A stretch of DNA of 64,000 nucleotides, from assembly GCA_951406725.2 (NCBI GenBank), contig OX597819.1:62310001-62374000 (forward strand), in the 5' to 3' direction. Both the position numbers and the translations under genes were made by a program. The notes under the pieces are model-generated. The model did no database searches and was not told the origin of the DNA. It was given only the letters and a program-made list of their open reading frames with translations. This stretch comes from Octopus vulgaris. Lineage: Eukaryota. How positions within the stretch are numbered: position 1 is the first letter of the stretch; each line of letters starts with the position of its first letter. Below, in pieces: positions 42,085-55,330 of this stretch.

Positions 42085-42510
42085 TTTTCTACTTTAGGCA
42101 CACGGCCCGAATTTGTTTTGGGGGAGGGCGTCAATCGATTAGATGGACTCCACTACGCAACTGATACTTAATTTATCGATCCCGAAAGGATGAATGGTAA
42201 AGTTGACCTCGGCGGTATTTGAACTCAGAACATAAAGACAGACGAAATATCGCTTAGCATTTCGCCCGGCGGGCTAACGTTTCTTATTTATTGCCCACAA
42301 AGGGCTAAATATAGAGGGAACAAACAAGGACAGACAAAGGGATTAAGTCAATTACACCGACCCCAGTGCGTAACTGGTACTTAATTTATCGACCCCGCAA
42401 GGATGAAAGGCAAAGTCGACCTCGGCGGAATTTGAACTCAGAACATAGCGGTAGACGAAATACCGCTAAACATTTCGCCCGGCGTGCTAACGATTCTGCT
42501 AACTCACCGG
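42085..42510 (-). mobile_element. Two family B SINEs (Nin/Deu-like core)
   Basis: Core GTCGACTTTGCCTTTCATCC...GGGTCGATAAATTAAGTACCAG on the minus strand, with a tRNA-like head. Confidence 0.75.
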
Positions 42511-42840
42511 CGTAAATGCGATGGGGAAATCGACTACATTGATTCCCAACTCTCAACTGGTACTTTATCGTATCGAAACCGAATGGGTGAAAAGGCAGTT
42601 GACCTCGTTAGGAGGTTTAATATTACGTCGATATTATCTGACGGTTACACCTTACACTATTGCCGAAGTTACAGAGACGTAAACGCACAAACACCGGTTA
42701 TCAAGCGGTTGTGGGGTTCAAACACACACACACACACACACACACATCTATATTTATACATAATTAGGATAAAATCCTTATCTGATGATTTATTAGCGGC
42801 CAGCAGACTAAAAATACCATAATGGTTAATTTATATTAAA

Positions 42841-43025
42841 ATTATAATAAGGGTGCTGAATGATTACAACACCAGTCTGCTAGAAATAGACCCCAAATGG
42901 TCTTTGAACCACTTAGATTATTACTCCACTACACATGTGGAGTAATAATCTGTGTGGTTCTTAGACCATTTGGGGTATATTTCTAGCAGACTGGTGTTGT
43001 AATCATTCAACACTCTTATCATAAT
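42841..43025. repeat. Near-perfect ~185-bp palindrome
   Basis: Arm ...GAATGATTACAACACCAGTCTGCTAGAAATAGACCCCAAATGGTCT...AGATTATTACTCCAC, loop TACACAT, then the reverse complement. Confidence 0.9.
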
Positions 43026-43026
43026 G

Positions 43027-43061
<35 letters not shown>

Positions 43062-43799
43062 TTCTCAAACGCAGGATAATGCTAATAATATAGCCTGAAC
43101 AAGATAAGCTACCCCTATTTCGCAGGGAAAAGTGTTGGCGGACCCGCCAACACACACACACACACATATATATGTAGAAGCTCGAGTTTCTATATAACGG
43201 TGTTTGCATTAATTAAATATCCAAATGATGATATAAATGAAATGTGTCTACACAGGAAACGTAACTAACCAACATAAACTTTTTAGCTTCAAACTATTTC
43301 CCATTTTTATTTCCGAATCGATCCATACACTCAAAGCCAACGTTAATCAGCTTCCTTCTTCTCCTGGACTCCTTTGAAATAGCTAACTGCTTACCATAAC
43401 AAGGCACATCCAAATTACGTTACTGACACACCCATGCTATCTACACCACTTCCACCCCTGTGTCTGCACTAACTGCTTTTTCTTCCATCCAATTACGTCA
43501 CCCTTGTGAAATTCCATTTCCTTTCATGTTTTTCCTGTAGAAGTAATCTGAATTTCAACTGTATCAGTTTCTCATTAGTCTCAGAGGACCTACGAAGGTG
43601 AAATATACTTTTTTCTGGATGTAGAAAATTATTTTCTTTATTTGCCACTAAGGGATTAACATAGAGGGACAATACAAGGCAAAGGGGTAGGGGTCATACA
43701 AAAAAAAAGCATGTACACAGGTTTTAACAAAAGGTAAAAGGTTAGATATTATACATGTAAACATAAAAACAACGTAGATCTCAAAAGTTTTCTGGGTTG

Positions 43800-44290
43800 A
43801 TCGCGGAAACCCCACAAGCCGCAAGCCAATCGCTAGGGCAAAACCTAGAAGTTCATACTCAAGTCAGGCCCATTCATTCTGACCATTCTTGCAACATTTG
43901 TCCATCTTATCTCAAATTAGCTCGGGAACAATAACTCTCTCTCCAGCCTTAGTTTTCTTTTCATGTGGAAGATGAAGAAGTTAATCAAACCAGTGCCAGA
44001 GAGAAAGGTGCCCGTCCTCAAGCCTTTCACCCGTGACAGTCACACAACCTCTTTCGCCACTAAGCAAGGAAAAGCTGCCTGGCTTTCCCGGTTAAAAGAG
44101 GGCGGTGGGACAATCTTAATGATGGACTCAGTTGACAGCTGTGCTCCTCACAGACGCGACAACCAGGTGTTTGACATATACCCACAGGTCAGATATCATC
44201 GGACGCTGGACGAGCGTGGGCAGAACGGCCTCATCGCTCTGTCCGCATCTCGGGCAGGTCCGACAGACTGCACTTTGGTGCCTGAAAAGT
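43800..44290 (-). mobile_element. Tx1/L1-like LINE C-terminal fragment
   Basis: Minus strand reads CPRCGQSDEAV...DLWVYV (zinc knuckle), then sequence homologous to 6085-6390. Confidence 0.6.
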
Positions 44291-44889
44291 TTATCCCAAA
44301 CTGGTAGCTTTAATCCCTTAAAGGGACTGAATCAATTCATCAATTTCACTATGCTGCTTCTATTTACTGTCGTGAGTTACATATTTTGTAAAATCTGTAT
44401 AGGTATAGATGATATTTACCGCTGTGAATTAAATGTCTCGGATTCATGTACATAATTTAATACCGGTTACTGGAAACGACTGATTTCCTAGCTTCTTACT
44501 TTATACATGGTTTATCTATCGACCTCATATCACGCGCTCTTACAATGTGTACGTACCATGTTATCACAGTACATCTGCATACGACACTCGTGTCACGTTT
44601 ATGAACGAAACTGTAGGGTCTAATTACTCGATTGCTGTTCTGTAGCAACCTGCAGTTGAGTACTCCCAAATTAGCACTCCCAAATCTCTACGTAAAGAGT
44701 GAACTTCTGCATGTAAAGTAACATTGTAAGGTGCAGTCACCTATAGCGTTCTCAATCAACGCAGAGATTGTCTTAGTATGTCAATTTTAATCCTTATTCT
44801 CATAATACACTATTGTAAATGAAAATTTTCTTTTCAAAAGACTGAAGAAGGACAAAAGTTTGTGAATGATAGCTGAAGAAAGGAATTAA

Positions 44890-45540
44890 ATAATAGGCCG
44901 GAAATCTTGGAGGAGGGGGCCAATCGCTTATATCGATCCCAGTGCCTAACTATTATTACTTATTTTGTCAACCCCGAGACGACGAAAGGCCAAGTTAACT
45001 ACGGAGGGATTTGAACACAGAACGTAAAAAACACAGATTGTAAAGACGAACAAAATACCACTAAGTTTTTTGTCCGGCGCACTAATAATCCTGTCAGCTC
45101 GCATAACATCGGTCTCAAATTTTGGCACAAGAGTAAGTCGATTATATCGACCCCAGTGCTTAACTGTTACTTATTTTATCGACTCCGAAAGGATGTAAGG
45201 CAAAGTTGACCTCGGCGGGATTTGAACTCAGAACGTTTAAGACGGATGAAATACCGCTAATCATTTTTGCCTGGCGTGCTAACGATTCTGCCAGCTCGCC
45301 ACCTTAATAATAATGAAGGTAATAATCCTTTCCCCTATATGCACAAGGCCTGAAGTTTGGGGGAGGGGTTTAGTCGATTACATCGACCCCACTACTCAAC
45401 TGGTACTTATTTTATCGATCCTGAAGGATGAAAGGCAAGGTCGACCTCGGTGGAATTTGAACTCAGAACGTAAAGACGAGTGAAATACCGCTAAGCATTT
45501 CGCCCGGCCTGCTAACGATTCTTCCAGCAGGTTTCCTTAA
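44890..45540 (-). mobile_element. Cluster of three family B SINEs
   Basis: Repeated GGATG.AAGGCAAAGT.GACCTCGG.GG.ATTTGAAC.CAGAACGT. Confidence 0.75.
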
Positions 45541-45779
45541 TAATGATAATAAGAGTAATAATTAGAAAATGTTTTAAAAAAATAATCATGAGAGTATTCA
45601 ATACCTCATCAGAATAAACGTGAAGTGAAGAGTTTTGGTTAGGAATACTATGCACCACCAAATCTTACGATCATGAATACAATATCTTAACCACTTCCAA
45701 GCCACACATTCTCACAAATATTACTTAAAAATAATAAAGAATTAACAAAAAGTTAAAAAATTTATAAATGCATGCCAAC

Positions 45780-46118
45780 CTCTTTTTAATTTTGTCTTGA
45801 AATGAAGTGAAGTCAACAGAAAGCGTTTTGTGCCGTGTATGTTCGGTAGCCACATTAATCCTGCTTCATATCGCCTACCTGGTAGTAGAGACTCTAGTTT
45901 ATAATGCACGGTCGTAGAGTTAAGGGCTTCGCTCCAGGTCCAGTTGGCAGGGTTGGTGGCCCGTTCCCTGTGAACGACATACAATGCTCTGGTCGAATTC
46001 TGTGAACGGGTAGTCAATTGATGCCATTCTAGAAGACAAGAGGTTCTGCGCAATATGGAAACTACAAAGTGGAGATCAATGTTGTTCGAGATTGTGTCGT
46101 CAACATTTTCGTATTTTA
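45780..46118 (-). CDS. Host-gene exon: fibronectin type III-like domain
   Basis: Acceptor TTTCTTTTTTAG; 339 bp, phase 1-1. Encodes KYENVDD...RTSCLLEW...LYVV...YKLESLLPGRRYEAGL...LHFKT, showing the FN3 W and L.PG..Y motifs. The donor G|GTTGGC is weak. Confidence 0.8.
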
Positions 46119-46711
46119 CTAAAAAAGAAAAAGAAGCATTGAAAATGTTTGAAAAATATTTGAAAATTCAATTAATATATTCCTAGTAATTCCACCACAT
46201 GTAAATAAAACGCTGACCGGATTTGCTCTCCAAAGAAATCGATGACAAGGTATTATAGCGAGATGAAATAAAAGGATACTGATTCCATATCATGAAAACA
46301 GCCAGAAAGAAAGTCCTTATTTGCACTCAGGAAGAACATACGAGGGTTTGTGTATTTGACCATAGTGAAAACAATTGATATATTTTTGTAAACTTAGTCA
46401 AGAGATAAGGCAATGACTGTAACTTGGGCAAGCCTCGCAGATTGGCTCGAAAAATCGTGTAGTTTGAAAGTTCTCTTACCTCAATGAAACGAGTGTGTTG
46501 TGCACACACATTGTCTGAAAGAATAAGTCATTCTCCACAGACGAAATACATCAGTGATTAGCATATACACGTTCGAATACGCCAGGACGTATTAAAAATT
46601 AATACGAAAGTCAATGTTTTCCATACATTTAATGCTAATAAAATGCAATGTTGTTTTCAAATATTTCAATATCATACGATATCTGGTATTAAAACTTGAA
46701 ATATCATAATA

Positions 46712-46927
46712 CTCTTTTCTACTCTAGGCAAAGGGCCCGAAATTTTTGGGGAGAAGCCAGTCGATTAGATCGATTCCAGTATGCAACTGGTACTTAATTT
46801 ATCGACCCCGAAATGATGAAAGGCAATGTCGACGTCGGCGGAATTTGAACTCAGAACATAAGCGGTAGACGAAATACCGCTAAACATTTCGCCCGGCGTG
46901 CTAACGATTCTGCCAACTCACCGCCTT
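46712..46927 (-). mobile_element. Family B SINE with AAACTTGAAATAT target-site duplication
   Basis: Core match, with a direct repeat on both flanks. Confidence 0.75.
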
Positions 46928-47193
46928 AATAAACTTGAAATATTAATGCTGTCATAGACTAGAAAAAACTCCTGTCGTGGCGATCCAATCAAGGCACAGT
47001 TAAAAATAGAAATAAGTATCCTAAAAGCAGTTCGCGAAAATAAGGAAACGGGGTCCATATCTATAATTTTCAGTCATCTTCATATGTTGGTATTAATAAA
47101 GTTTATGTAACTATAAAAACAAAATAAGTGTGAGCATTCTACACTCAATTACTGATTCATAATTTCAACTCCAACTATAGTCATTCGACTGTA

Positions 47194-47281
<88 letters not shown>

Positions 47282-47483
47282 CATGCATGCATGTAAACTT
47301 GATAAAACATTATCACTGCTAGTTTCCTTGGAGCTGCGGCCGTTAGAAGTATCCGTCCAGATCTTCCTTCTAGAACGACAAAAAATACATTATTTACATT
47401 ATTTACATTTGACGTTTCGGCTGATATACCCTCCAGCCTTCATCAGGTGTCTTGGGGAAATTTCGAACCTGGGTATTTTTCGA

Positions 47484-47595
<112 letters not shown>

Positions 47596-47705
47596 CAAGT
47601 CACAGCCTGGCATCAAACTCGGAATCTTGGGATTAGTAGCCCGCTCTCTTAACCATTAAGGTTATATGCCTCAGGAATGAGAACCCAGGTTCGAAATTTC
47701 CTCAA

Positions 47706-47751
47706 GACACCTGATGAAGGCTGGAGGGTATATCAGCCGAGACGTTGTGTT
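47706..47751 (+). ncRNA. Penelope-type minimal hammerhead ribozyme motif (GAAA mutated to GAGA); inverted copy at 47412-47451
   Basis: GACAC-CTGATGA-A-GGCTG...CAGCC-GAGA-CGTT-GTGTT. The minus copy keeps GAAACGT but lacks the 3' strand of stem I. Confidence 0.65.
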
Positions 47752-47929
47752 AACAATAAACAAGATGAGGACAAATATCAGTCAAATGTAAATAATGTAA
47801 ATAATGTACATAATTCCTCATCTCTTAAATATAGAACGAGAAAAGATAGTTCTATTTGGGAGGTGGAAATTAAGTTAAAAGTACTGTCACCGGGTATGTT
47901 TGAACCCCGCCCCCTACAAACCCCTATTT

Positions 47930-48345
47930 CGTATTTCTTTATTGCCCACTAGGGGCTAAACACAGAGGGGACAAACAAGGACAGACAAAGGGATTAAGTC
48001 GATTACATCGACCCCAGTGTGTAACTGGTACTTAATTTATTGATCCCGAAAGGATGAAAGGCAAAGTCGACCTCGGCGGAATTTGAACTCAGAACGTAAC
48101 AGCAGACGAAATACCTATTTGTTTACAACCAACAAGGGGCTAAACACAGAGGGGACAAATAAGGATAGACAAACGGATTAAGTCGATTGCATCAGCCCCA
48201 GTGCGTAACTGGTACTTAATTTATCGACCCCGCAAGGATGAAAGGCAAAGTCGACCTCGGCGGAATTTGAACTCAGAACGTAACTGCAGACGAAATACGG
48301 CTGCGCATTTCGCCCGGCGTGCTAACGTTTCTGCCAGCTCGCCGA
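47930..48345 (-). mobile_element. Dimeric family B SINE
   Basis: Two ~185-bp units in tandem sharing a single 5' head near 48345. Confidence 0.8.
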
Positions 48346-48472
48346 GCTATCGAATAATTAGCTCTAGAGAATTATTATAGTGCGATGATCCGGGAATCAA
48401 GTTCGACAAGTTGACAGCTGGTATGAAATATTTGCCAAAAGCTTGGAAGGGATAGAATAGAAAAGAAAAAAC

Positions 48473-49082
48473 AATAGAAATATTGTTATTTCTAAATCTC
48501 AGAGACATTCAGTAACAGGTCTTTAAAGTAAAGGTTATTTGCCAACAACATGTGGCTGTCCCGAAAGGGACAATGTTACTGTAGTAACCATCATTTCTAG
48601 TTGGTTATACAACACACTATCTGTCCTTGTATTTCCGAGCTGGGAGCTTAGTATTCCCACCAAGCTGAGCTAAAACAACAGTAACATCGTCCCTTTCGGG
48701 ACAGCCACATTATGTTGGCAAATAGCCTTTACTTTAAAGAACTGTTACTGTATGTCTTTCTTTGAGAGATTTAGAAATAATAATATTTCTATTTTTTGAT
48801 TAGTGACTGTGTGTCACTTTGAAAATTATACGTTCGAACGGTGAATTCAGCAACGCTATCTGGCCAAAGCAGTTACTCTGTGTTGATAAAGGGCAATAAC
48901 CCAGAAACTAGTCCACAGATGTTTTGCGCTTGATGGGAATGCTGAGCTCCCTGTTCGAAAATATAAGGACACAGATAGTGTGTCGTATAGCCAACTAGAA
49001 ACGATGTTTCCTGGTACTAAAACAACAGTAACATCGTCCCTTTCGGGATAGCCACATTATGTTGGCAAATAGCCTTTACTTT
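48473..49082. mobile_element. MITE with ~110-bp TIRs (48473-48794) plus a rearranged partial copy
   Basis: 48473-48582 is inverted at 48678-48794. 48595-48660 is inverted at 48935-49000. 49020-49082 repeats the TIR. Confidence 0.75.
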
Positions 49083-49671
49083 GAGGAAAATAATGTAAAA
49101 GAAGAAATAAGGGAAGTATAAAAATATGTTATAAAATATCTCGGGACCAGGCAGCAAGATCGGGAATAGAAAAACAAAAGAAAAAAGGAAATAGAAAACA
49201 CATCAAATGATGACGGGAAATATATAGAACTTGATTACCAACTGCAGGAGCAATGTTACTACGGTTATCAACTTTTGTATCAAAGAATGTACTTCTGCTA
49301 GCGCAAGGAGGTTTAAGGTTTCGATATTTGGGATTCTGCATTCAAGTATAGCTCTTGTGTGAGCGAGTTTTTAGTATCCATAATTATTTCTGCTATACAA
49401 ATTTCATATCCCTCTTTGCAATTACTCTTTTTACTGTTTTTACTTGTTTCAGGCATTTGACTGCAGCCATGCTGGAGCACCGCCCGTAGTCGAGAAAATC
49501 GACTCCAGACTTATTCTTTGTAAGCCTGGTACTTATTCTATCGGTCTCTTTTGCCGAACCGCTAAGTTACAGGGACGTAAACACACCAGCATCGGTTGTC
49601 AAGCGATGTTGGGGGGACAAACACAGACACACAAACATATATACACACATACATATATACACACACACACA

Positions 49672-49780
<109 letters not shown>

Positions 49781-49876
49781 GGAAAGTATTACGAAAATAA
49801 GCAAAAGACGAAGGCAGGTGGAGTACAAACAAACAAATGTATTAGTATAGCGCTCAGGAATAGAAATATATATATA

Positions 49877-50173
49877 TCTTTATATATAAAAGTCAAGTTG
49901 TGTGTCTGTCTCCTACGATTTAGATCCCTAACTACTCCCACATTTTGCGGTGCAGTTTAACCAAAACCGGGTATCTTATAGTCGTGATTCATATCGAGCC
50001 CTTCTGGGTACTAGCGCGCGTCTACGATGAGTCAACGATTTAAAAAAAAATTTACCATAATTTTTTTTCCATTTTTAATGCATTTTTTTGCTATTTTTTG
50101 GCTATAACTCTCTAAAAATGCTTATATAGTTATTTCCCTTACAAACCCGAGCAACGCCGGGCGATACTGCTAG
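49877..50173 (+). mobile_element. Non-autonomous Helitron
   Basis: A|TCTTTATATATAAAAG start, CCCGAGCAACGCCGGG hairpin and CTAG|T end. Confidence 0.85.
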
Positions 50174-50777
50174 TATATATATATATATATATATTTTTTT
50201 TTTTGACCCCCTTCGGTCATGAATGACCATGGGATTGCACCTAGAAAGTTACCCTCCTAGACACAAGTCCGGGCAAGGTTGTTTATGGAAGACCAGCAGT
50301 CGCCCATGCATACCAGCCTCCCCTCTCCACGCTACGAGTGTTATCCAAGGGAAAGACAAAGGTCGATACAGCTTGGCACCTGTGACGTCGCAACTCATTT
50401 CTACAGCTGAGTGAACTGGAGCAACGTGAAATAAAGCGTCTTGCTCAAGAACACAACAATATATAAGTATAAATATATACGACGCGCTTCTTTCAGTTTC
50501 CGTCTACGAAATCCACTCACAAGGTTTTGGTCGGCCCAAAGACACTTGCCCAAGGTGCCACACAGTGGGACTGAACCCGAAACTATGTGGTCGGTAAGCA
50601 AGCTACTTATCACACAGCTACTCTTGTGCCTATAAAGATGCTGAAGTGCGAATTCTGTGTATATTTGGCTAGCATTGTGATATTCTGTTTCTCGTAGTTC
50701 CCAAAATAAGGAATGTGAACGAAAAGGAGTAATTCCAATGAAATGCTCTTGGGAAGATATATATATATATATATATA

Positions 50778-51174
50778 CTAGCAGTATCGCCCGGCGTTGC
50801 TCGGGTTTGTAAGGGAAATAACTATATAAGCATTTTTAGAGAGTTATAGCCAAAATATAGCAAAAAATGCATTAAAAATGGAAAAAAAATGATGGTAAAT
50901 TTTTTAAAAACTCGTTGACTCATCGTAGACATTTTTAGAGAGTTACTTCCCTTATATAATAGCGAAAAAATGCATTAAAATGGAAAAATATGATGGTAAT
51001 TTAAAAAAAAAATCGTAGACTCATCGTAGACGCGCGCTAATACCCAGAAGGGCTCGATATGAATCACGACTATAAGATACCCGGTTTTGGTTAAACTGCA
51101 CCGCAAAATGTGGGAGTAGTTAGGAATCTAAATCGTAGGAGACAGACACACAACTTGACTTTTACATATAAAGA
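50778..51174 (-). mobile_element. Non-autonomous Helitron of the same family, with an internal ~95-bp duplication
   Basis: Reverse complement of 49877-50173 with a duplicated CATTTTTAGAGAGTTA...CTCATCGTAGA block. Confidence 0.85.
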
Positions 51175-51365
51175 TATATTTTTTTTTCTTTAGTTTTCTA
51201 GGTACTCGGCTTTTGTCTCTATACAGATGAAACTTTTAGCAAGCTAAAGTTCTGGTAAGTAAAACATCAGTAAAGTGTGTCGGACCAAGTTTATAAGCGA
51301 GACACAGTAGAGCTGATAAGAGGTGGAGAAGCTGTCAAAACACACACACAATCTCTCTCTCTCTG

Positions 51366-51469
<104 letters not shown>

Positions 51470-51475
51470 ACATAC

Positions 51476-51535
<60 letters not shown>

Positions 51536-51881
51536 TTATATATTAACATACATTTATTTATTGATACAGGTGTGTCCATAAGATTAATTTCCGTTCTATA
51601 TCACAGCTAATAATGTATCTGATAAGAAAAATAAAAAAGGATGCTTGTGCGAAATATATTTATGATTTAGACATATCTGCTTGACTGCGTCTAGATAATC
51701 ATACATATCTTTAATACATATCTTTATCTCTAGCTGTTCATTAATACAAACTTATTCATCTTGTAGGGCTTTGAGATTACTGACTCGACCTATCGTCCAT
51801 ATGTGCGTGTGAGAGTATGTGAGAGTATAACAATGCACCCCACTCACACAAACGCACACTTACCAACATATATGAATACGG

Positions 51882-51925
<44 letters not shown>

Positions 51926-52061
51926 GTATGTGTATAGGTGTATATACATGCATATATATATATGCATATATACATACATACATATATATACATGTATATA
52001 TATATTGTATATATATATATATGTGCATAGGTGTGTATATATGCATATATACATATATATA

Positions 52062-52102
<41 letters not shown>

Positions 52103-52584
52103 GTGTGGGTATGTGTGCGTATATATATATATGCATGTGCATGCATGTATATGTAGGTGTATGTGTATGTATATATATATATATATGTATGCATATAAGT
52201 ATGTGTTACTAGCATATATGTATATTGTGCGTATATATATATGTGTGCGTATGTGTATGTTTGTGTTTTTGCGCGCATGTGTATTTGATTAGCGTTATTT
52301 TTAGACACCAATCAGAATCATTAGCACAGAAACCCAAATACCCACAAAAAATATCCGGTGAAGTTTCCCTTTGAACTCTATTCAACCTTTAACATTTACC
52401 ATCCATGCTTGTACACACCATATCCACGTCCATACACAAACAGTTACATAGACAGAGGTATACGCACACATACGCTAAAACTACACGCATGGTCCGTAAA
52501 TCTGTGCTATGTATTCGTCTGTTAGAAGAGTAAATGATACTAAATGGATTTTCCACCGGTTTTCACAATGAATATTCCAGTTGT

Positions 52585-52967
52585 GTGGAGGCGTAATGGC
52601 CCAGTAGTTAGGGCAGCAGAATCGCGGTCGTAGGATCATGGTTTCGATTCCCAGACCGGGCAATGTGAGTGTTTATTGAGCGAAAATACCTATAGCTCCA
52701 CGAGGCTCCGACAGGGGTTGGTGGCGAACCCTGCTGTATTCTTTCACCAAAACTTTCTCTCACTCTTTATTCCCGTTTCTGTTGTACCTGTATTTCAAAG
52801 GGCCAGCCTTGTCACACTCTGTGTCATGCTGAATCTCCCCGAGAACTACGTTAAGGGTATACGTGTCTGTGGAGTGCTCAGCCACTTGCACGTTAATTTC
52901 ACGAGCACGCTGTTCCGTTGATCGGATCGACTGGAACCCTCGTCATCGTAATCGACGGAGTGCCACA
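52585..52967 (+). mobile_element. Full-length family C tRNA-derived SINE with 11-bp TSD
   Basis: GGAGGCGTAATGGCCCAGTAGTTAGGGCAG...GGTTTCGATTCCC. TSD ATTCCAGTTGT at 52574-52584 and 52968-52978. Confidence 0.88.
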
Positions 52968-53385
52968 ATTCCAGTTGTCCGATGAAGTGAAATGTTTATT
53001 TTTTCTACTCTAGGCATAAGGCCCGAAAATTTTGGGTTGGGGGTCAGCTTATTAGATCGACCCCAGTACTCAATTGGTACTTAATTTATCAACCCCCGAA
53101 AGGATGAAAGGCAAAGTCGACCTCGGCGGAAGCGAAATGTTTATTGGATGAATTGTAACTAAGTCACCGAACAGTTAGAGCATCAGAAAAAATACTTTAT
53201 CATACTCGTTCCGTTTCTTTGCATTATGATTTTGAATCCAGCTGAAATCATCTTTACTTTAATTTTTTGCCTTGATCGATAAATAAAGTATCAGTACTGA
53301 AATCAATACAATCAGTAAACTCCTCTCCTCGGATGCTGGTCTTGTGCATAAATCAAGGAGCGTTATATTCAAATAATTGTTTATA

Positions 53386-54639
53386 CAGGGGTTGAGCAAA
53401 ATAATGGAAACACTTTAAAAATTTCAGACAAATTTATTTTAATATGGAGTAGGACCACCTTTGGCAGTTATTACAGCTTGAATTCTATGAGATATAGACT
53501 CGTACGAAGTTTGAATTGTTTCCAAAGGAATTTTTGTCCATTCTTCAGCTAAAACAGTTTCCAGTTCTTGTAGTGATGATGGTGGAGGATATCGACTCCT
53601 TACTTGTTTTTCTAAAATGCACCATAATTGTCCAATAATATTGAGTTCTGGGGAATGTGGTGGCCAGATAAGATGTTAAACTTCACTAGAATGTTACTCA
53701 TGTCATTCAGTAACAACTTTTGCTGTATGAATTGGTGCATTAACATTCTGAAAGATCGTTTCCCTCCGGAAACAGCTCCGCAACCATAGGATGAATTTGA
53801 TCAGATAAAATATTTAAATTGTCTTGACTATTAAGTTCTACCATGAAAGGAAACCATTGGGCCGGCGGATTTCCAGGATATAGCCCCCTCCAGATCATCA
53901 CAGATCATCCTCCATGTTTAACACTTGGAAGAAGGCAGTATGGGTCAAATGCTTCTTTTCGCTGTCTCCACACGTGTACTCGGCCGGTGGTCGGAAATAA
54001 GGTAAAGAATGACTCGCCCAAGAAAATAACATTTTCCCATTGCTCTAGGGACGAATTCTGAAGATTTTTACTCCACTCTAAAAGCTTTGCAACTTTTGTT
54101 TTTGAAAGTAGTGGTTTTCTGATTGTAGCCCTCCCGTGAAATCCGGCTTTGTGCAGCTCCCGGCGAACAGTTTTTGTGGAAACTGAGTTCTCGAGGTGGA
54201 CATTAAGCTCTGCAGTAATTTTGGGAGCTGTACTTTTGTGATCCTTTCTAACAATTCGTGTAAGAGTCTGACGGTCCCTATCTGAAAGTTTTGGTTTTCT
54301 CTCGGAGTTTTGTTTCGACGAGGAGGTTTTTCTCTCTTTCTCAAAGGCTGTCATCACTTTCGAGACAGTACTTCTTGATACACTAAACATTTCGGTTGCT
54401 TTCGTTACGCTAGCGGCTGCCATACGAGCACTAACAATTAGATCTGTCATTTTAATGAATTTTAATTTCCTTTTGCAGATGATATCTGAAAAGAAACAGC
54501 AATTTTAGCAAAACATATTCAGCAACACTAATAATAAACCAAAAAGCATAAAAATAAACAAGCTTTTGACGGTTTTATAGATGTTTCAAAATTATGATAC
54601 TAAGATGCTAGGTGTTTCCATTATTTTGTCCATCCCCTG
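53386..54639 (-). mobile_element. Full-length Tc1 element with disrupted transposase
   Basis: TIRs CAGGGGTTGAGCAAAATAATGGAAACAC / GTGTTTCCATTATTTTGTCCATCCCCTG. ORF 53905-54450; downstream frames read FQNVNAPIH and WPPHSPELNIIGQLW. Catalytic aspartates are mutated. Confidence 0.9.
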
Positions 54640-54649
54640 TGTATCTTTT

Positions 54650-55042
54650 ATCTTTTACTCGTTTTATGTGTAATTTGACTGCGGCCATGCTAGGGCACCG
54701 CCTTGAAGGGTTTTTTTAGTCGAACAAATGGACCACAAGACTTAGTTTTTTAAAGCCTAGTACGAACTGTTAAGATACAGGGACATAAACACACCAGCAT
54801 CGGTTGTCAAGACATGCATAAAAAGATACACACAATACATATATGCATACATACATGCATGCATACATGCAGACATACATTCATACATATATATACACGA
54901 CAGGCTTCTTTCAGTTTCCATCTACTATATCCACTCACAAGGCTTTGGTCGACCCAAGCTTATATTAGAAGACACTTGTCCATAGTGCTACGCAGTGGGA
55001 CTGAACCCAAAGCAATGTGGTTGGGAAGCAAGCTTCTTACCA
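54650..55042 (-). mobile_element. Family A SINE
   Basis: Reverse complement match to 17053-17480. Confidence 0.75.
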
Positions 55043-55330
55043 CACACCTACGTCTGCGCCTATTATAGGCAGGATTTATTACTGAGTGATGGTAATATAT
55101 TTTTTACGAATTCTAGAAATAAATTTGCGTTTTCTTAAATGGTTATCTCTATAACTTCATAGTAAGGTTGTTTGACTTACTCATTGTTTCTTTGTTTTTC
55201 AAAAAGTTCTCACAACTATTTATTTATATACATGTATCTTTAGATACAAGTCATTAGACGGCGCGTGTGAGCATCTGTCTGTCTGTCTGTGTGTCTGTCT
55301 ATGCATATATATATATATATATATGTATAC

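Noticed and set aside
46327-46514. Possible extra minus-strand exon upstream of the FN3 exon
   Set aside because: It has a good acceptor and an internal GTAAGA donor, but the phase needed to join the FN3 exon contains a stop codon.
52585-52660. tRNA gene (also at 17053, 19168 and 34386)
   Set aside because: A and B boxes are present, but they run into SINE bodies with TSDs and form no complete cloverleaf.
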